In this document: positions 1-12,000 of the stretch, piece after piece
Layout: each line of letters begins with the position of its first letter
Position numbering within the stretch: position 1 is the first letter of the stretch
Assembly: GCA_964106645.2 (NCBI GenBank)
Contig: OZ067038.1
Origin: Podarcis pityusensis
Taxonomy: Eukaryota
Length of the DNA stretch: 64,000 bases
Direction: 5' to 3' (one strand)
The notes under the pieces: model-generated
Database searches by the model: none
What the model saw: only the letters and a program-made list of their open reading frames with translations
What the model was told of the DNA's origin: nothing
Position numbers and translations under genes: made by a program

Positions 1-1116
1 CCTTGTGACCAGCCCAGCATTCAGCCTATCCTAACCCTGAAGAGAGCCGCAGGATCTTGTGTTGGCTGAACAAAGCTCTCTTCCCTGAAACCAGAACAGT
101 TTCCTCTTCCAAAGGGCCAAGTGTTAACACACACAACTTTGACCTTTGCTACCAGAGATATTTCCTGGAAGCATGAGGGGAAGTGTGCATGTACAACCTT
201 CACCCACAGCAGTTCAACCCCACTTCCCAAACCATGCCTCTTTCCCATGCTCAGTGTCTTTAGAAAGAGAAAGACAAAGAGACTCACAAAGGGACTCAAG
301 AGAGGTTGAGAGTAAGTGGAGTAGCAGGATTCCCCTTACCAGTTCCCACCCATTTCTCCTAATCTAGTGGCCTATAAATCCTGGAGAGGCTGGTAAAGTG
401 TCCTGAGAACTCATGGGATATAGGGTCAGACCTCCACATAAACCGCCTGTGAAGAGTTTGGGGCTAGAAGGGGAGCTTGTTCACCACCCTCATCGATTCT
501 GAGCCATTGTAGCAACTTGTCTTGGCATCAGGGAATGAACACAAGCTCTCTCTCCCCCTTCATTGCCAAATCCTCTATGTGTGAGGTATTGAGCGGAGTC
601 AAAGGAAAACAAACAGCAGGACATTTGCTTCCTTGCAACCATCCATCTCTCCCCATTGAGACTGGCTGAGGTCTTTCGCTTTCGCTCTTCAGAGTGTCCC
701 TGCACCTCCAGGCAGTGTGTATTTAAAACTGCTGATCTGAACCAGGTTTTGGGGGGAGTTTACTGTGCACTTGCAGGATATGTTTGAAAGTGGTAAGCAA
801 GCTCTCTTTCACAGAAGCTTGTCTTGCCATTACTCGTCTCCTCACTGAAAAAAACACAATGACATCTGCCTTAGCAGTAAAATTAAGCAGCACAAGCTTC
901 TATTTCAACATACTCCACACACTGATTTCTGTTCTACAGGAAACCAAGAACACTTCAAAAGCAAGTTTCTTGTGTTTCCCTTTCTGTCTCCGGCTGTTTT
1001 ATACATAGAATGACAAAAATGGTAAGGTATTGCATTCCACAAAGCCTTCATGTGAGCTCTACACAAATTCCTACCAAGTATTTTAATAGCTTATCCTTCC
1101 ATCTTGAAATACAGAC

Positions 1117-1210
1117 CTGGTATGCAGAAACTGGAGAAGCAATATATGGCGTGATAGACGTCTGAGTGATCATTCTGTTTGTTGCAATACTGTATGGCGA
1201 ATGATAAAAT
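1117..1210 (-). CDS. RBMS1: RBMS1 exon 9 (94 nt), [31 protein letters not shown]
   Basis: Read manually; acceptor cttttag|A, donor CAG|gtctgt; follows an 80-nt intron (1211..1290). Confidence 0.95.
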
Positions 1211-1290
1211 CTAAAAGCACAAACACCTTTATTAATACATTTAAAAGGGTACCATGGAATAACTTATATTTATTGTCTGATTGTACATAC

Positions 1291-1340
1291 CCATTTTGTA
1301 AAGCAGCTGTAGTTGGATCATACGTAAGTGTCATTCCAGC
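1291..1340 (-). CDS. RBMS1: RBMS1 exon 8 (50 nt), AGMTLTYDPTTAALQNG
   Basis: Acceptor ccctaaag|GCT, donor GG|gtatgt; peptide in ORF 1170..1370. Confidence 0.95.
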
Positions 1341-2703
1341 CTTTAGGGAAGGGATAAAACATATACTCAATGAAAAGACTGGCTACCACTCCAAACCAAA
1401 ACATTAGCACTAGCCCATCTGTCTGAAATAGTCAAAGTTGCCAGTACTGCCTTATGTTTTGTGAAATTTTGTTGGCACAAGTGATATGCAGTAAGTAACC
1501 TGTTTTGGATCTCCCTTATGCATTAAAAGATTATGGACCCAATCCAGAAGCTTCTTGCAAGGACATGGAGCTTCTGAATACACAAGGGCTTCCTCATTCC
1601 CTACAACACCAGGATAGTTTGGCTTCTACTACGTTGCAATGGCCGCTCTGCAATTATACACCAAAGTACCATTGGACCCATGTGTGTATCCACTGTATAC
1701 TTTTTCATTATTTTTATGTGCACCACTAAGAAACTTTTGTAATTAAGCGGCTTATAAATACCTTAAATAAAGAAAGTACCATCTCTTTTGAGAGGCTGTT
1801 GGTAAAATCTGCCTTGATGAAGACTCAAAATGGCCCAGCTTACACACACATGAAACAGTGTGCAGGAACACAGTTGAGATGTTAAATTATGTGCAGTATG
1901 TTCTAGAGTGATCTACTAGCAATGGGCAATTTCAGTATTTGCAGCCATTTTATTGGGACGCCCAACTGGCTCCAGTGTTATTTGCCTTCAGACACCAGGT
2001 TAAAAGCTGGCTTTAAAAATAAGGACTCTGGGGTCAGTGAATCTTGCTTTTCTAAAATGGACCATTTTCTGCTTCCCTGGATTTCCCCTGATTAATTATA
2101 TCATGTTGATTTGGTTACAGATAGTTGACTATTTATCTACTGACTTTGCTAGTGTTTTTATTGAGCCTGTTTGTGAGCTACTATGTATTATTTAAGAAAA
2201 GTCAGCCTTAAACACACACACACACACACAGAGCAAAAGAAAATACATTCATATAAAATATTTACAATGGGTTGCATTCATACAATTACAATGGGTTGTA
2301 CTCAACATAGGACTAAGGAGATAGAAATGTGTGTGTGTTCATGGAATTATCTCCCCTCCCTTCCATAGTGCACTGTTCTGGTAGTTTTCCAGTCCCTCAA
2401 GAACAGATTCAGGGAGGGTGTGTAGGGGGAGAAGTACTGCTGGCGGGAATTCCCATTGCACTCATGGGAACCCTAGCACTGGTTTCCGCTAACACAATAA
2501 GTTGGTTGAATATGGCCCAATATTTTAAACAGTGCATTTAAATATGTCAAGTAATGAAGTGGAATGAAGGATTGTAATATTCCATTGAACAATGCAGGAG
2601 GACGCCAAGGCAGCACATCTCTTTGCGACTATTGTTTTCTTAATGCACATCCATAGACACACATACACACACACTCTAACTAAAGGTTGAGAGGAGGACT
2701 TAC

Positions 2704-2819
2704 AAGTCTCACCTCGCCTTCTCGGTGCCACGCTCTTCCATTCTGTATATATTTGTTCTGATTCTGTCTCTTTTTTTGTCCTCCATCTGCAAACTTGCAC
2801 AACAAAGGTTCTGCAGGAG
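2704..2819 (-). CDS. RBMS1: RBMS1 exon 7 (116 nt, or 107 nt with the proximal donor), [36 protein letters not shown](VRL)
   Basis: Read manually; acceptor gttttag|CT; two donors, GAG|gtgaga (exon end 2713) and CTT|gtaagt (exon end 2704). Confidence 0.96.
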
Positions 2820-3279
2820 CTAAAACAGCAACAAAACAAACCATTTAGGAATAATCTACATAATAACCTTTGTGATATCAAAATAAAGTACATTTCAAAA
2901 GTTGTCGCTTGTGAAAAGATGCTACATAGTAGGCTTTCCCCAAATTATTTTGCTTGGAAACCGTAATATTCAGATACATTCGATAGTGCCCAGTGTTTTC
3001 ACGCATTCCCAAACATCCAGATTGCAAAGATTTGCTATGTTTTAGTAGATACAAGCACTCCAACACACCTACATGTGACATTTCTTCATTATTTCAACAA
3101 TGGGCCATAGCTGAAAAAGGATGGATACATAGAGCTGCTGCATTAATTGATGTAATTTGGAAAGCCTGATTTCTTTAGGAGCTCCACAGATGCATCAGAG
3201 CACACTGAAGGAAGGGTCTGCAGTGTGGAATCTGTTTTGATGTTATGATCAAAAAAATAATCTGACAAATGGTTTACAC

Positions 3280-4331
3280 TAGGGGTCAGCAAACTTTTTC
3301 AGCAGGGGGCCGGTCCACTGTCCCTCGGACCTTGTGGGGGGCTGGACTATATTTTGAAAAAAAACAATAATGAATGAATTCCTGTACACACTGGGAATAA
3401 TGGGGCGGGGGAAGGGCAGGTGTAATAAAATAAAATAGTGTGCATTAAAGCGGGGTGGGGAAGGCTCCTCAACAGACAAGCTCACCCACTACCATGCTGC
3501 TCATCCTCCTGCCACCCCCCAAAACATACACACACACAGACCCACAATCGCCCCACAGAGAAAAGGGAGGCAAGTTCAATATGCAGAGAATGGCCGAGGC
3601 GAAGGAGAGATGGCGGCTCTGGGGAAGCAGCACCAGGGGAGTGGAGCTGGAAGAAGAGGCAAGTGGGGCAAGTAGTCCTCCCCCCAACCCCTAGCCGCCT
3701 TCCCAGTTTGCTACCTGCCTCATTTGCCAAAGGGCTGGCAGCGATGGCATGAAACAGGCTTCCTCCCCGCCTAGAGAAAGAGCTGCCACCGCTGCTTTTT
3801 GTGAAGCGGGTAGGCAGAGTGAGCTCATCCACTCCGCTCTCTGGCCCACAGGAGCACCAGAGCGGTGGTGGCGATGGCGATGGGAGGAAGATTATTATTA
3901 TTACTACTACTATTTCCCCAATGGCCTGACTTGGAGGGAGAACAAGAGGAGAAAGGCTGGTGGGAAAGCAGACAGAAAGAGAGGAAAGAGGATTTTTGTC
4001 CTTCCACCATCTAACTCCCCCCGCGCACTCAGCTTTTGGGGGCACAAAACAATACAAATACTAATAATAATATTAATGATATCGGGGTAAGTTAGCAAGC
4101 AAAGGCCACTGAGGTAAACCAGGTAAACCAGGCACAACGTTTGATTGGCAGAAATGTCCCCGCGCTGCGCTGAGGTAAACCAGGCACGGCGTTTGATTGC
4201 CAGAGCCGCCACTGCTTGGCCTCTTCCTCCTGTTGCGATCGCCGGGTGTCTCGGCTTTGCGGTGGGTGGTGGGTTCTTAAATGACCGGGCGGGCCTAATC
4301 TGGCCCAGGGACCGTAGTTTGCTGACCCCTG
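3280..4331. mobile_element. Non-autonomous hAT DNA transposon, ~1.05 kb
   Basis: TIRs (T/C)AGGGGTCAGCAAAC ... GTTTGCTGACCCCTG; 8-bp TSD gtttacac / gtttacag; no transposase ORF. Confidence 0.85.
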
Positions 4332-5920
4332 GTTTACAGAGAATTCTCCCCTCATAAGTTTCTGGTTACAGATGTGCTATATACACGAAGTCACACCTAC
4401 GTGCTCTGTCACTTCATTGCTAGCAGCTAGTCCAACTCAACTTCATCTAAAAATACTGTATCTGAGGCAAAAGTAGTTTTCTTTGCCTCTGGCATTAAGT
4501 CTACTTTGGCTTATTCACTCATGCACTTAAGTGATTGATGTGCATGTGTGCAATGGCCCTAATGAAACCAATGGGGTTTACTTCCAAACAAACAGCTTTA
4601 GGGCTGAGGTCAGTCACTTAAATGACTTAAACAACATTTAAATCTGTGTAGGAAGACCTAGGATTGACACAAAATGGCCATCAAAAAAAGCTACATGTTT
4701 ATTGTGCTACTTTATGCAACACATGAAAGAAACTAATTAGATACAGGTATTCACTGAACATTATTTACATTGGTGCTCTGGTTGGATTACTGAATGAGGA
4801 CACTAAAAATTGCTTTCAGGACACACAGTATATGTTCTGGCATGCATTTCTTATTTTCATAAGCCAGCAGAATCTTGGAAGGCTAACTCTGAGCTCTGCA
4901 TTCAAAAGAAAAAGTGGCAAGTTATGAGCAGAAGCCACTTGAATTCATTTCTGTGGTTTCCATGTCTGGTCCTTTCGTTAAATGAAAACACCCTTTGAGT
5001 GTTTCAACAGCATCCCTTTACTTACGTATTGTTCCAGTACCACAGATTTCTACAGAAAAGGGTTCTCTGAGAGAGTAAATTACTTTTGACAACCATGCAA
5101 CTAATGGTTAAGGGCATAGATACAAAGATGCTGCAAAAGGGTTGAGTGCTTTTTTTAACTCTTTCCAGTTTGAGTGCTTTTTTAACTCTTTCCACTGTGC
5201 AAGCCAGAAAGGTGACTTTCAGCGTTTTCTGTCTTGTTCTATACAAGTATCATATTACATGATGAGCTAGCAGGTGGCTTTTACTTAATCTGATAACATA
5301 TGCAGGTGACCCATGCAAGCATTATTCCTATTTTACAGACATGAAACCCAGGCTGAAGAATTGAGTTTACTAAGCAAGCTGGTAAAACACAATAACCCAG
5401 TTTCCAAGCTCCAAGTCAAGCGCTCATGTCCTTCATTATAGTTCTTGTTCTGTTTTTGAAGTTTAACACAGCACAATTTCAGGAGTGGCAATGCTTGTCT
5501 CAGTCATACTCCATTATCTAAATGCACCACCAGCATCAGGCTGAAATAGAGTCCTTCCCTCTTTTTCCTTGTTATCCCTAATCACTGAGTGGAAATGCTG
5601 TTGTAGTCTTGGCTTGCCACACTTTTTGCTAATAATTTCCTTCCTCACAAATCTACAGTTATGTAACATCCCAGACAGACAAAGATGCCTACAGAAATGC
5701 GCTGTTTCACAAAATATACAACCCATGTTAGAATTGTGTATGTCAGAGTGATTAAAAACAAAACTGATATCATGGATGGGTGGCACAGAATCAAACAATC
5801 AGCTTGAATGTTCCAAGGTGTTGTGGCAATTCCACTCCTGCTGTGGTTTTGACAGCATTGTGGGTTGAACTTAAAATGGTAACTCACATTCTTATGTGCT
5901 GTTTTGGACTGAATCAGCAA

Positions 5921-6930
5921 TGTACACTTGGGCTTTCAAAGAAATATTTGATGATGTTCCCCACTAAAGGTGCCTGAGTAAAATTAGCAGTTACAGGATA
6001 AGAGGACAAGCCCTTTATGGATTGACTTTTCTCACAGTGGAAGGGATTTCCCCTCAAGGACCTGTATTAGGAGCAGTGCCTTTACACTTGTTCATAAATG
6101 ATCCACATAAGAAGTGAGGCAGACAAGTCTGCATATGACAGAGAATTATTCAGGGTGCTTAAAGCCAGAAAGAGATTGCAAAAAAGGGATTGCAAGCGGT
6201 TCCAAAAGTGAATGTCTAAACTGAGTGAATGGGCATTAAAATGGCAAATGCGATTCAAGATAGGTAAGCGCAAGATGGTGAGCACTGAAGCAAAACATTT
6301 ACTAACCCCACATTGATGGGGGCCTGGGATGGTGGTGAATGATCAGGACAGGGATGAGGTTATTATTATTTATTATATTTGTTAGTCACATTTCTAACAT
6401 TGATTGTGATGAATTAATTGGTCAATGAAAATGTCAAACCAGTGTGGCAGTTATGAAAAATGCTAATTCTATGTTAGGGATCATTTGAAAGGCATCAAAA
6501 AATAAAATTTGCTACTATTGTAATGCCTTTATTCAAATCTATGGTATAACGTCACCTGGAATACGGTGTGCAATTTGGATCAGAAAGGATATTGTAGAGC
6601 TGGGAAAAGTGCAGAAAACGGAAAACCAAAATGGCTGCAACTGGGCTAGTCCCACTATGAGGAAAAGTTACAATATCTTTTTTGGAAGAGGCAGGGGAGT
6701 GAGTAAAGTGGGAAATGATACAGACATTTAAAAAATCATGTACGCTATGGAGAAAGCAGGTACGAGCTACATTTTTCTCCTACTCATACAGTATTAGACC
6801 CCAGAGTCATCTAATGAAGATGACTGTTGGGATATTCAAGATGGAAAAAACGAAGCGCTTCTTGACACAACACACAGTTAAAACTATGGAATTTGCTACC
6901 ATGAGTTAATGGAGGATAATGCAATGGCTG
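5921..6930 (+). mobile_element. Degenerate CR1 LINE, ORF2 reverse-transcriptase region
   Basis: Decayed coding traces of VYLDFQKAFDKVPH, PQGSVLGP.LF.LFIND, KFADDT.LF and WQMRF..KCK motifs with many stops and frameshifts. Confidence 0.8.
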
Positions 6931-6972
6931 CTAGTCAAGTTGGGGGGAAAAGATTGAGGCAAAAATATCCTA

Positions 6973-7220
6973 GCTCCACAAGACGCACCAGACCATAAGA
7001 CACACCTAGTTTTTGGAGGAGGAAAACAAGAAAAAAAATATTCTGAATCTCAGAAGCCAGAACAACAAGAGGGATCGCTGCACAGCGAAAGCAGCAATCC
7101 CTCTTGCTGTTCTGGCTTCTGGAATAGCTGTGCAGCCTGCATTCACTCCATAAGACGCACACACATTTCCCCTTACTTTTTAGGAGGGAAAAAATGAGTC
7201 TTATAGAGCAAAAAATATGG
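6973..7220. mobile_element. Tc1/mariner-superfamily MITE with a truncated left TIR
   Basis: Right end ...gtcttatagagcaaaaaatatgg|TA; repeated ATAAGACGCAC motifs; its end is the reverse complement of 53974-54050. Confidence 0.7.
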
Positions 7221-7224
7221 TACA

Positions 7225-7330
7225 TGGATGATGTCTGATCTGGTGGTGAGTGATGGAGAGAGCTGTTGGGCTCCAATGCTTGCAGACTTCCCTTAGGCAT
7301 CTGGTTGGCCTCTGAAGGAAACAGGATGTA
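7225..7330 (+). mobile_element. CR1 3' UTR fragment, probably continuing the element interrupted by the MITE
   Basis: gcatctggttggcc..tg..ggaaacaggatg resembles the squamate CR1 3' end; collinear with 5921-6930. Confidence 0.55.
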
Positions 7331-10214
7331 ATCCAAAACATCCGGAGAGCACCAGGTAGTGGAAGGCTGCTTTAATGTTACCTTGTAGCTACCACAGGCT
7401 GTGCCTGAGACTATGGCACGAAGTGTAATCTTCAGAGTTGATCTGTTTGTGCACTCTGACATTTTAATGTAGTGTTTCCACATACAAATTTACAAAAAAA
7501 ACCCTACTAAAACGAAGTATGCACATATTTTGTTACCAGCTGGTCTAGTCTACTTGAGTCTGTTTGCACAAGAATTTCCTGATCTGCTTCACACTATCCA
7601 GGAGGCCCGACCTCCTTTCTTATAAAACTATTTAGCTATTCCATTTTCAGTTCCAAACTCTCGTTATTTTAGCTAAGCTGCACTATGACATCATGCTTTT
7701 CTTAAACAGATGTTCCTCCTCCTCCCACACCTATTCCATTGCCATCTTCTGGATTCTCCATCCATTACGCCATTTCCCCCATCCAACTGAAATTTGCCAA
7801 TTTACCCTAGTTTCTGTGAAACTTGGCGTTACAAGCATTTTCATGCTGCAGATTATTCCTTGCCCTTTACCTGGGAAGAGCTTTGCTAATGGCGCGTCTC
7901 CTGAACTTGGGAGTGAAGCAATGCCTGCCCTCTCTCACAAAGCCAAGAAACAAAGTGAAGGTCAAATGAGACAGATGACTGAAGACACACATAGGACTCC
8001 AGTAACATAACAAGGTCAGCTGAAGGCATATGTGTGTGCGCACACATGTAATTATGAGGCAAGGAATGTGGTGTAGTGGAAAATGACTTTGATTACCTAC
8101 TCTGAGAAGGGAGATCCCATAGGCCTCCATGTGGGATCACCTGCAAGAGCTAAGTCAACCACAAATAACCAACCATTCAAAATTATGCTGCAAATTCTAT
8201 AACATCTGGGAAAGTGCTATAGTTCAGTGGTAGAGCATTTGCTTCAATCCTCGGTACCCTCAGTGCTTTGAAGAATTAGCCATGTCCCTCCTAATAGTGA
8301 TACTAACCTCAACCCAGATTTGTCACTAAGTCTGCTGCTATTTGTATAGCTCTAAAGGCAGTAGCTGCTATGGAGTCTGTTAAAGGTTAGTTCCTGTAAC
8401 ATGAGAACTGAGAGTTTCTTAGTAATGATAGGAGTATGGCATAGCAAAGGTTAATTTACCTTGCCCCATCAGACTGTGTATTCTGCTGGTCAGAGTCAGG
8501 CTGCTCAAAAGTGGCTGGTTGCTAAATCAGCCCAGTTACCTAAACCACAGGTGTTTGCAGTAACATGGGAAAAGGAAGTATATTATCTTTCTCTTTTTTT
8601 GCACTGGGGGCATCCTGGGAAATTCTACATTGAAACTCCATTTTGAAGAATGTGTGGCTACCACCCACACCGGGGGGGGGGGGGGAGAGGAGAGAGAACT
8701 AAAACATGGGATATATAGTCTGAAGGTACATGAGGTCATGACCTTGCTGAAGTTCAGCAGGTCTGAGGATGGCCATTGCCTGGATGAACAACCACCAGGG
8801 AATCACATGTATGCAGCCTTGGGCTCCATGATGAAACAAAGACAGGATATAAATGTAAGAAAAATAAATAAAAATGAATACCCTACCTTTGATTTCTTTC
8901 TTCACCTGAATTCTGCCATGCATGCTACTATGTCTCATCTTTCTTATAGGATACCATTTTACTATCCCCAGAAAGTCAAAGAAAAGCACTATTTATTGTA
9001 TAGTAAATTTCCTCTCTCACTCTGTTATTGTCTTCTGTCTTTCTGGTCATATTAATTTAGTCCTATCCAGCAATAATCTGCTACTCCCTGGCAGAGGCTG
9101 ATAGTAAAAGGGTGTCAACTCTTGGCTTCAAAAGAGCCCATAGTAAGAAGTGCAATCAATTATCATGAGCTGACAGCTTTCCATCATAAGATGGGTTTGG
9201 AGTCTCCCAGCAGCAAATGAATAAATTAAGCAGCATTAGGAGAACACCTCATGGACCTTTTTTGTTTCCTTGCTAATTTTTTTGCACTAGAAAGATGCAA
9301 GTTAATTTAGACAGGAAGACGGGGGAATCTAAAATTATTATCTTCATTTGGTATTTGGGTATCAGGTTTTCTCATCGAGATTCATTCACCTTCAGCACTA
9401 TTGAACAAGCTCGCAAAGCCACAGGAAAAGGGGACTAATTAAATAAGCCTTATTTGTTCCCCTCCCTGCACACCTTATCTAGAACTATTTATAGCTGTTG
9501 GAGGACCTGTGCCCGAAGCTTCAGAGCAATCCTTGTAAAGCAGCAGAATGTTACAATGCTCAGAGTAGCAACGGCCTATATTCAGGGTCTTCAGTGTCCA
9601 GGCTCACGTGGTTTTACAGAAAATGGGATAATGCTTGACTACAAGCACAGTAGTTGGATCACTGGAGTCAACAGCACCCTTAATCTCTCTGCCCATACTC
9701 AGCAGCAGACTGGAGCTGTGTAATACAAATTCAGAGAGCTACCTTCCCTTGTCAGTGTTACAGTATTCTCAGTGCTTCTCCTATTATATGCAAACCTCTA
9801 TAATGTAAAGAAAATGCTGCTGTGATCACAGAAATACTACCAACTATGCTCACTTGCTCAGTTCACAAGTTGCATGTGCCCTCATGAATACATTCTGGGA
9901 ATGATGATTTGGATGTTCAAGTAAAGGTGTGTGAATTCGTATTGGGTCTACAAGCCTACTAGCCCACGGGGAAGGACTCACGGGAAAGGTAAGAAAGAAG
10001 AGATGTTTCTGCATTCCTGAAATTTCTCCCTCGGCCCCCCAGGGGCCTGAACAGCACAGAGTGTCCTTCCTCAGGGCTCCAGACAGTATGTAACAGGGAT
10101 ATTGTAGTGCTGTTCACCCCCCTTTTAGAGGTGGTGTTATGCAGGTGCCGCTTGCATAATCTAGTTACAGGAATCATTAGATTGTAACATTTTCAGAAGA
10201 ATACTTAGACCTAC

Positions 10215-10294
10215 CTGAAACTCCTGGGGGTGTTTTAATAAATTTCCCATTAAAATGAGCAATTACTGCTTCACATTTTTCTGTCGATTCCATC
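10215..10294 (-). CDS. RBMS1: RBMS1 exon 6 (80 nt), [26 protein letters not shown]
   Basis: Acceptor acacag|G, donor G|gtaggt; peptide in ORF 10177..10437. Confidence 0.96.
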
Positions 10295-10610
10295 CTGTGT
10301 AAAAGACAAAAAAAGAGATAACTGTGTAATATTGACTTGCACATGTTTTGCTTTCTTATTAGGTCACAATGACAAAGCCTCCAGCCCAGTCCAGTCGTAA
10401 TGACAAAACAAGGCTTGGGCAGTATGTGGATAAACATATGACTTGTGCACTCCCTCCATCCCTTTGTGAACTGTGATGTCTTTCCTCATGGCTTGCTGGC
10501 CATTGTTTGCCAACACATGCAAAGTGGGCCAACTGCAGTTTTCTGACAAAAAAGGGAGGCAGTAAATCTTAGTAGATGAACCCAAGGCTTGTTCCTGTAG
10601 TGCCAAACCA

Positions 10611-10775
10611 GGGAGAGAGGCCATAGCTCAGTGGTAGAACACATGCTTTGAATGTTGTGTGTTCCTGGCTTACTTCCCAGAATTTATGACTGGAAAATCT
10701 CATTGAGGGATGCTATTGGTCAATATTGAGATGGATGGACCAGTGATCTGACTCATTATGAAGAAGCTTCCTATG
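10611..10775 (+). mobile_element. tRNA-derived SINE (Squam3-like), degenerate
   Basis: A-box head ggccatagctcagtggtagaacac; body gatggaccagtgatctgactc; tail gcttcctatg. Confidence 0.7.
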
Positions 10776-11842
10776 GTTTGGAATTATGTCTGTGTCCATA
10801 TCTGTCTATCTCACTGTCTCTCCCCGGCTCCTCCTACAAGCTCTATGCAGTGCTTGCACATTTTTGTATGTGTGTAAGAAGGATGCTTTAATTGTGTGTT
10901 TTGAAAAAATAAATTTTGGATAAGATTTATGCTTTCCCCCAATTATTGTTCCACTATTAAACACTGAAAGTAAACATTCAAATGGCAGTGTTTTTCTCAT
11001 TGCACATTGGAACTATCTAAAAAGGAAATTCAACTTGTCTTGGGTATGAATACAGTTTTCCTTATTTAGTCTAACAGGTTTCTTGTGTGTAATTACTAAT
11101 CAAATTCAACTTTGTATATTACCTTTGTATGGATATGGCAATACTGGGTAATTATTTCTGAGTACTCATTGTGTAAGAACCCTTAAAATAACTGAGCCAA
11201 TTAAAAACATGCAAAGAATAAGGCAGCAATATTAGGATTGGAATAGAAGGCAACTAACAACTTGTTTGATTGCAGTTTAATATTGTCTAATAAGTCAATA
11301 TTGCCCTTGTGTCAGTTGTGTCCCATCTTGTAACTGCAAGAGAGCAATAAAATTCAAATTGCACCTTAAAGCAAGTGTGGTGTGAAAACCCATTTTTCTT
11401 CAAAATTCAGGCCCCACACCCATTCTTCTAAGACCAGCCTTTCCAAACCTGGTGCCCTTCAGCAGTTTTGGACTATAATTCCCATCAGCCCCAGCTGCCA
11501 TGCTGATTTAGACTATAACTCTTATGTTCTTTAACCACACCCACCTTTAAACATACCCTTTTGTCTTTTGTGGCTGGTACATTAATAATAAGCTGTTAAT
11601 GCCAATATTTGACATTTGCACAATTCTCTATTACAGTACTAATAGGTGCATGCCATGCATCCTTGAATATTATTTGACCCATTAATATTTTGGTTAAATG
11701 ATCAGTCCTACCATCTTTGTTTTGTGTTTCGTGTCATGGTAAGATACTGTTTTCCTTTGCTAAGCACCTTCATTTTACTTTAACTATAATTGTTCTGAAG
11801 ATTCTATTCATGGAGTGGTATAAAAGACAGCTACCATCGTAC

Positions 11843-12000
11843 CTTGCAAAGCCAACCCCACGACTTGTGCCATTGGAATCACGAAGTATTCTTGTAGAGA
11901 TAACTTGCCCAAAAGGTTTCAGCATATTCTCCAGCTCTTGTTCATCCATTGAAAGTGGCAAATTGGAAATATATAGATTAGTTGGATCCTGCTCTTGTTG
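11843..12000 (-). CDS. RBMS1: RBMS1 exon 5 (158 nt), [53 protein letters not shown]; RRM2
   Basis: Acceptor tttttttccag|CAA, donor AG|gtacga; RNP2 LYISNL and RNP1 RGVGFAR. Confidence 0.97.

Noticed and set aside
1-1116. RBMS1 exon 10 (VQSPSWMQPQPY...)
   Set aside because: No matching sequence found by eye; presumably beyond the window.
3482-4057. 191-aa ORF inside the hAT element as a possible transposase or cargo gene
   Set aside because: No hAT transposase motifs; it reads through microsatellite-like tracts.
6935-7483. 182-aa minus-strand ORF
   Set aside because: Crosses MITE, CR1 and unique sequence boundaries; no homology recognisable.
10611-10680. tRNA-like heads (also ~8210, ~31145, ~47400) as tRNA genes
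   Set aside because: Only A-box-like similarity with no complete cloverleaf; the 10611 and 47400 copies run into SINE bodies or tails.
11645-11662. TGCATG/GCATG cluster downstream of exon 5 as an RBFOX switch
   Set aside because: The hexamer is expected many times by chance in 64 kb, and exon 5 encodes the RRM2 core with no sign of being alternative.
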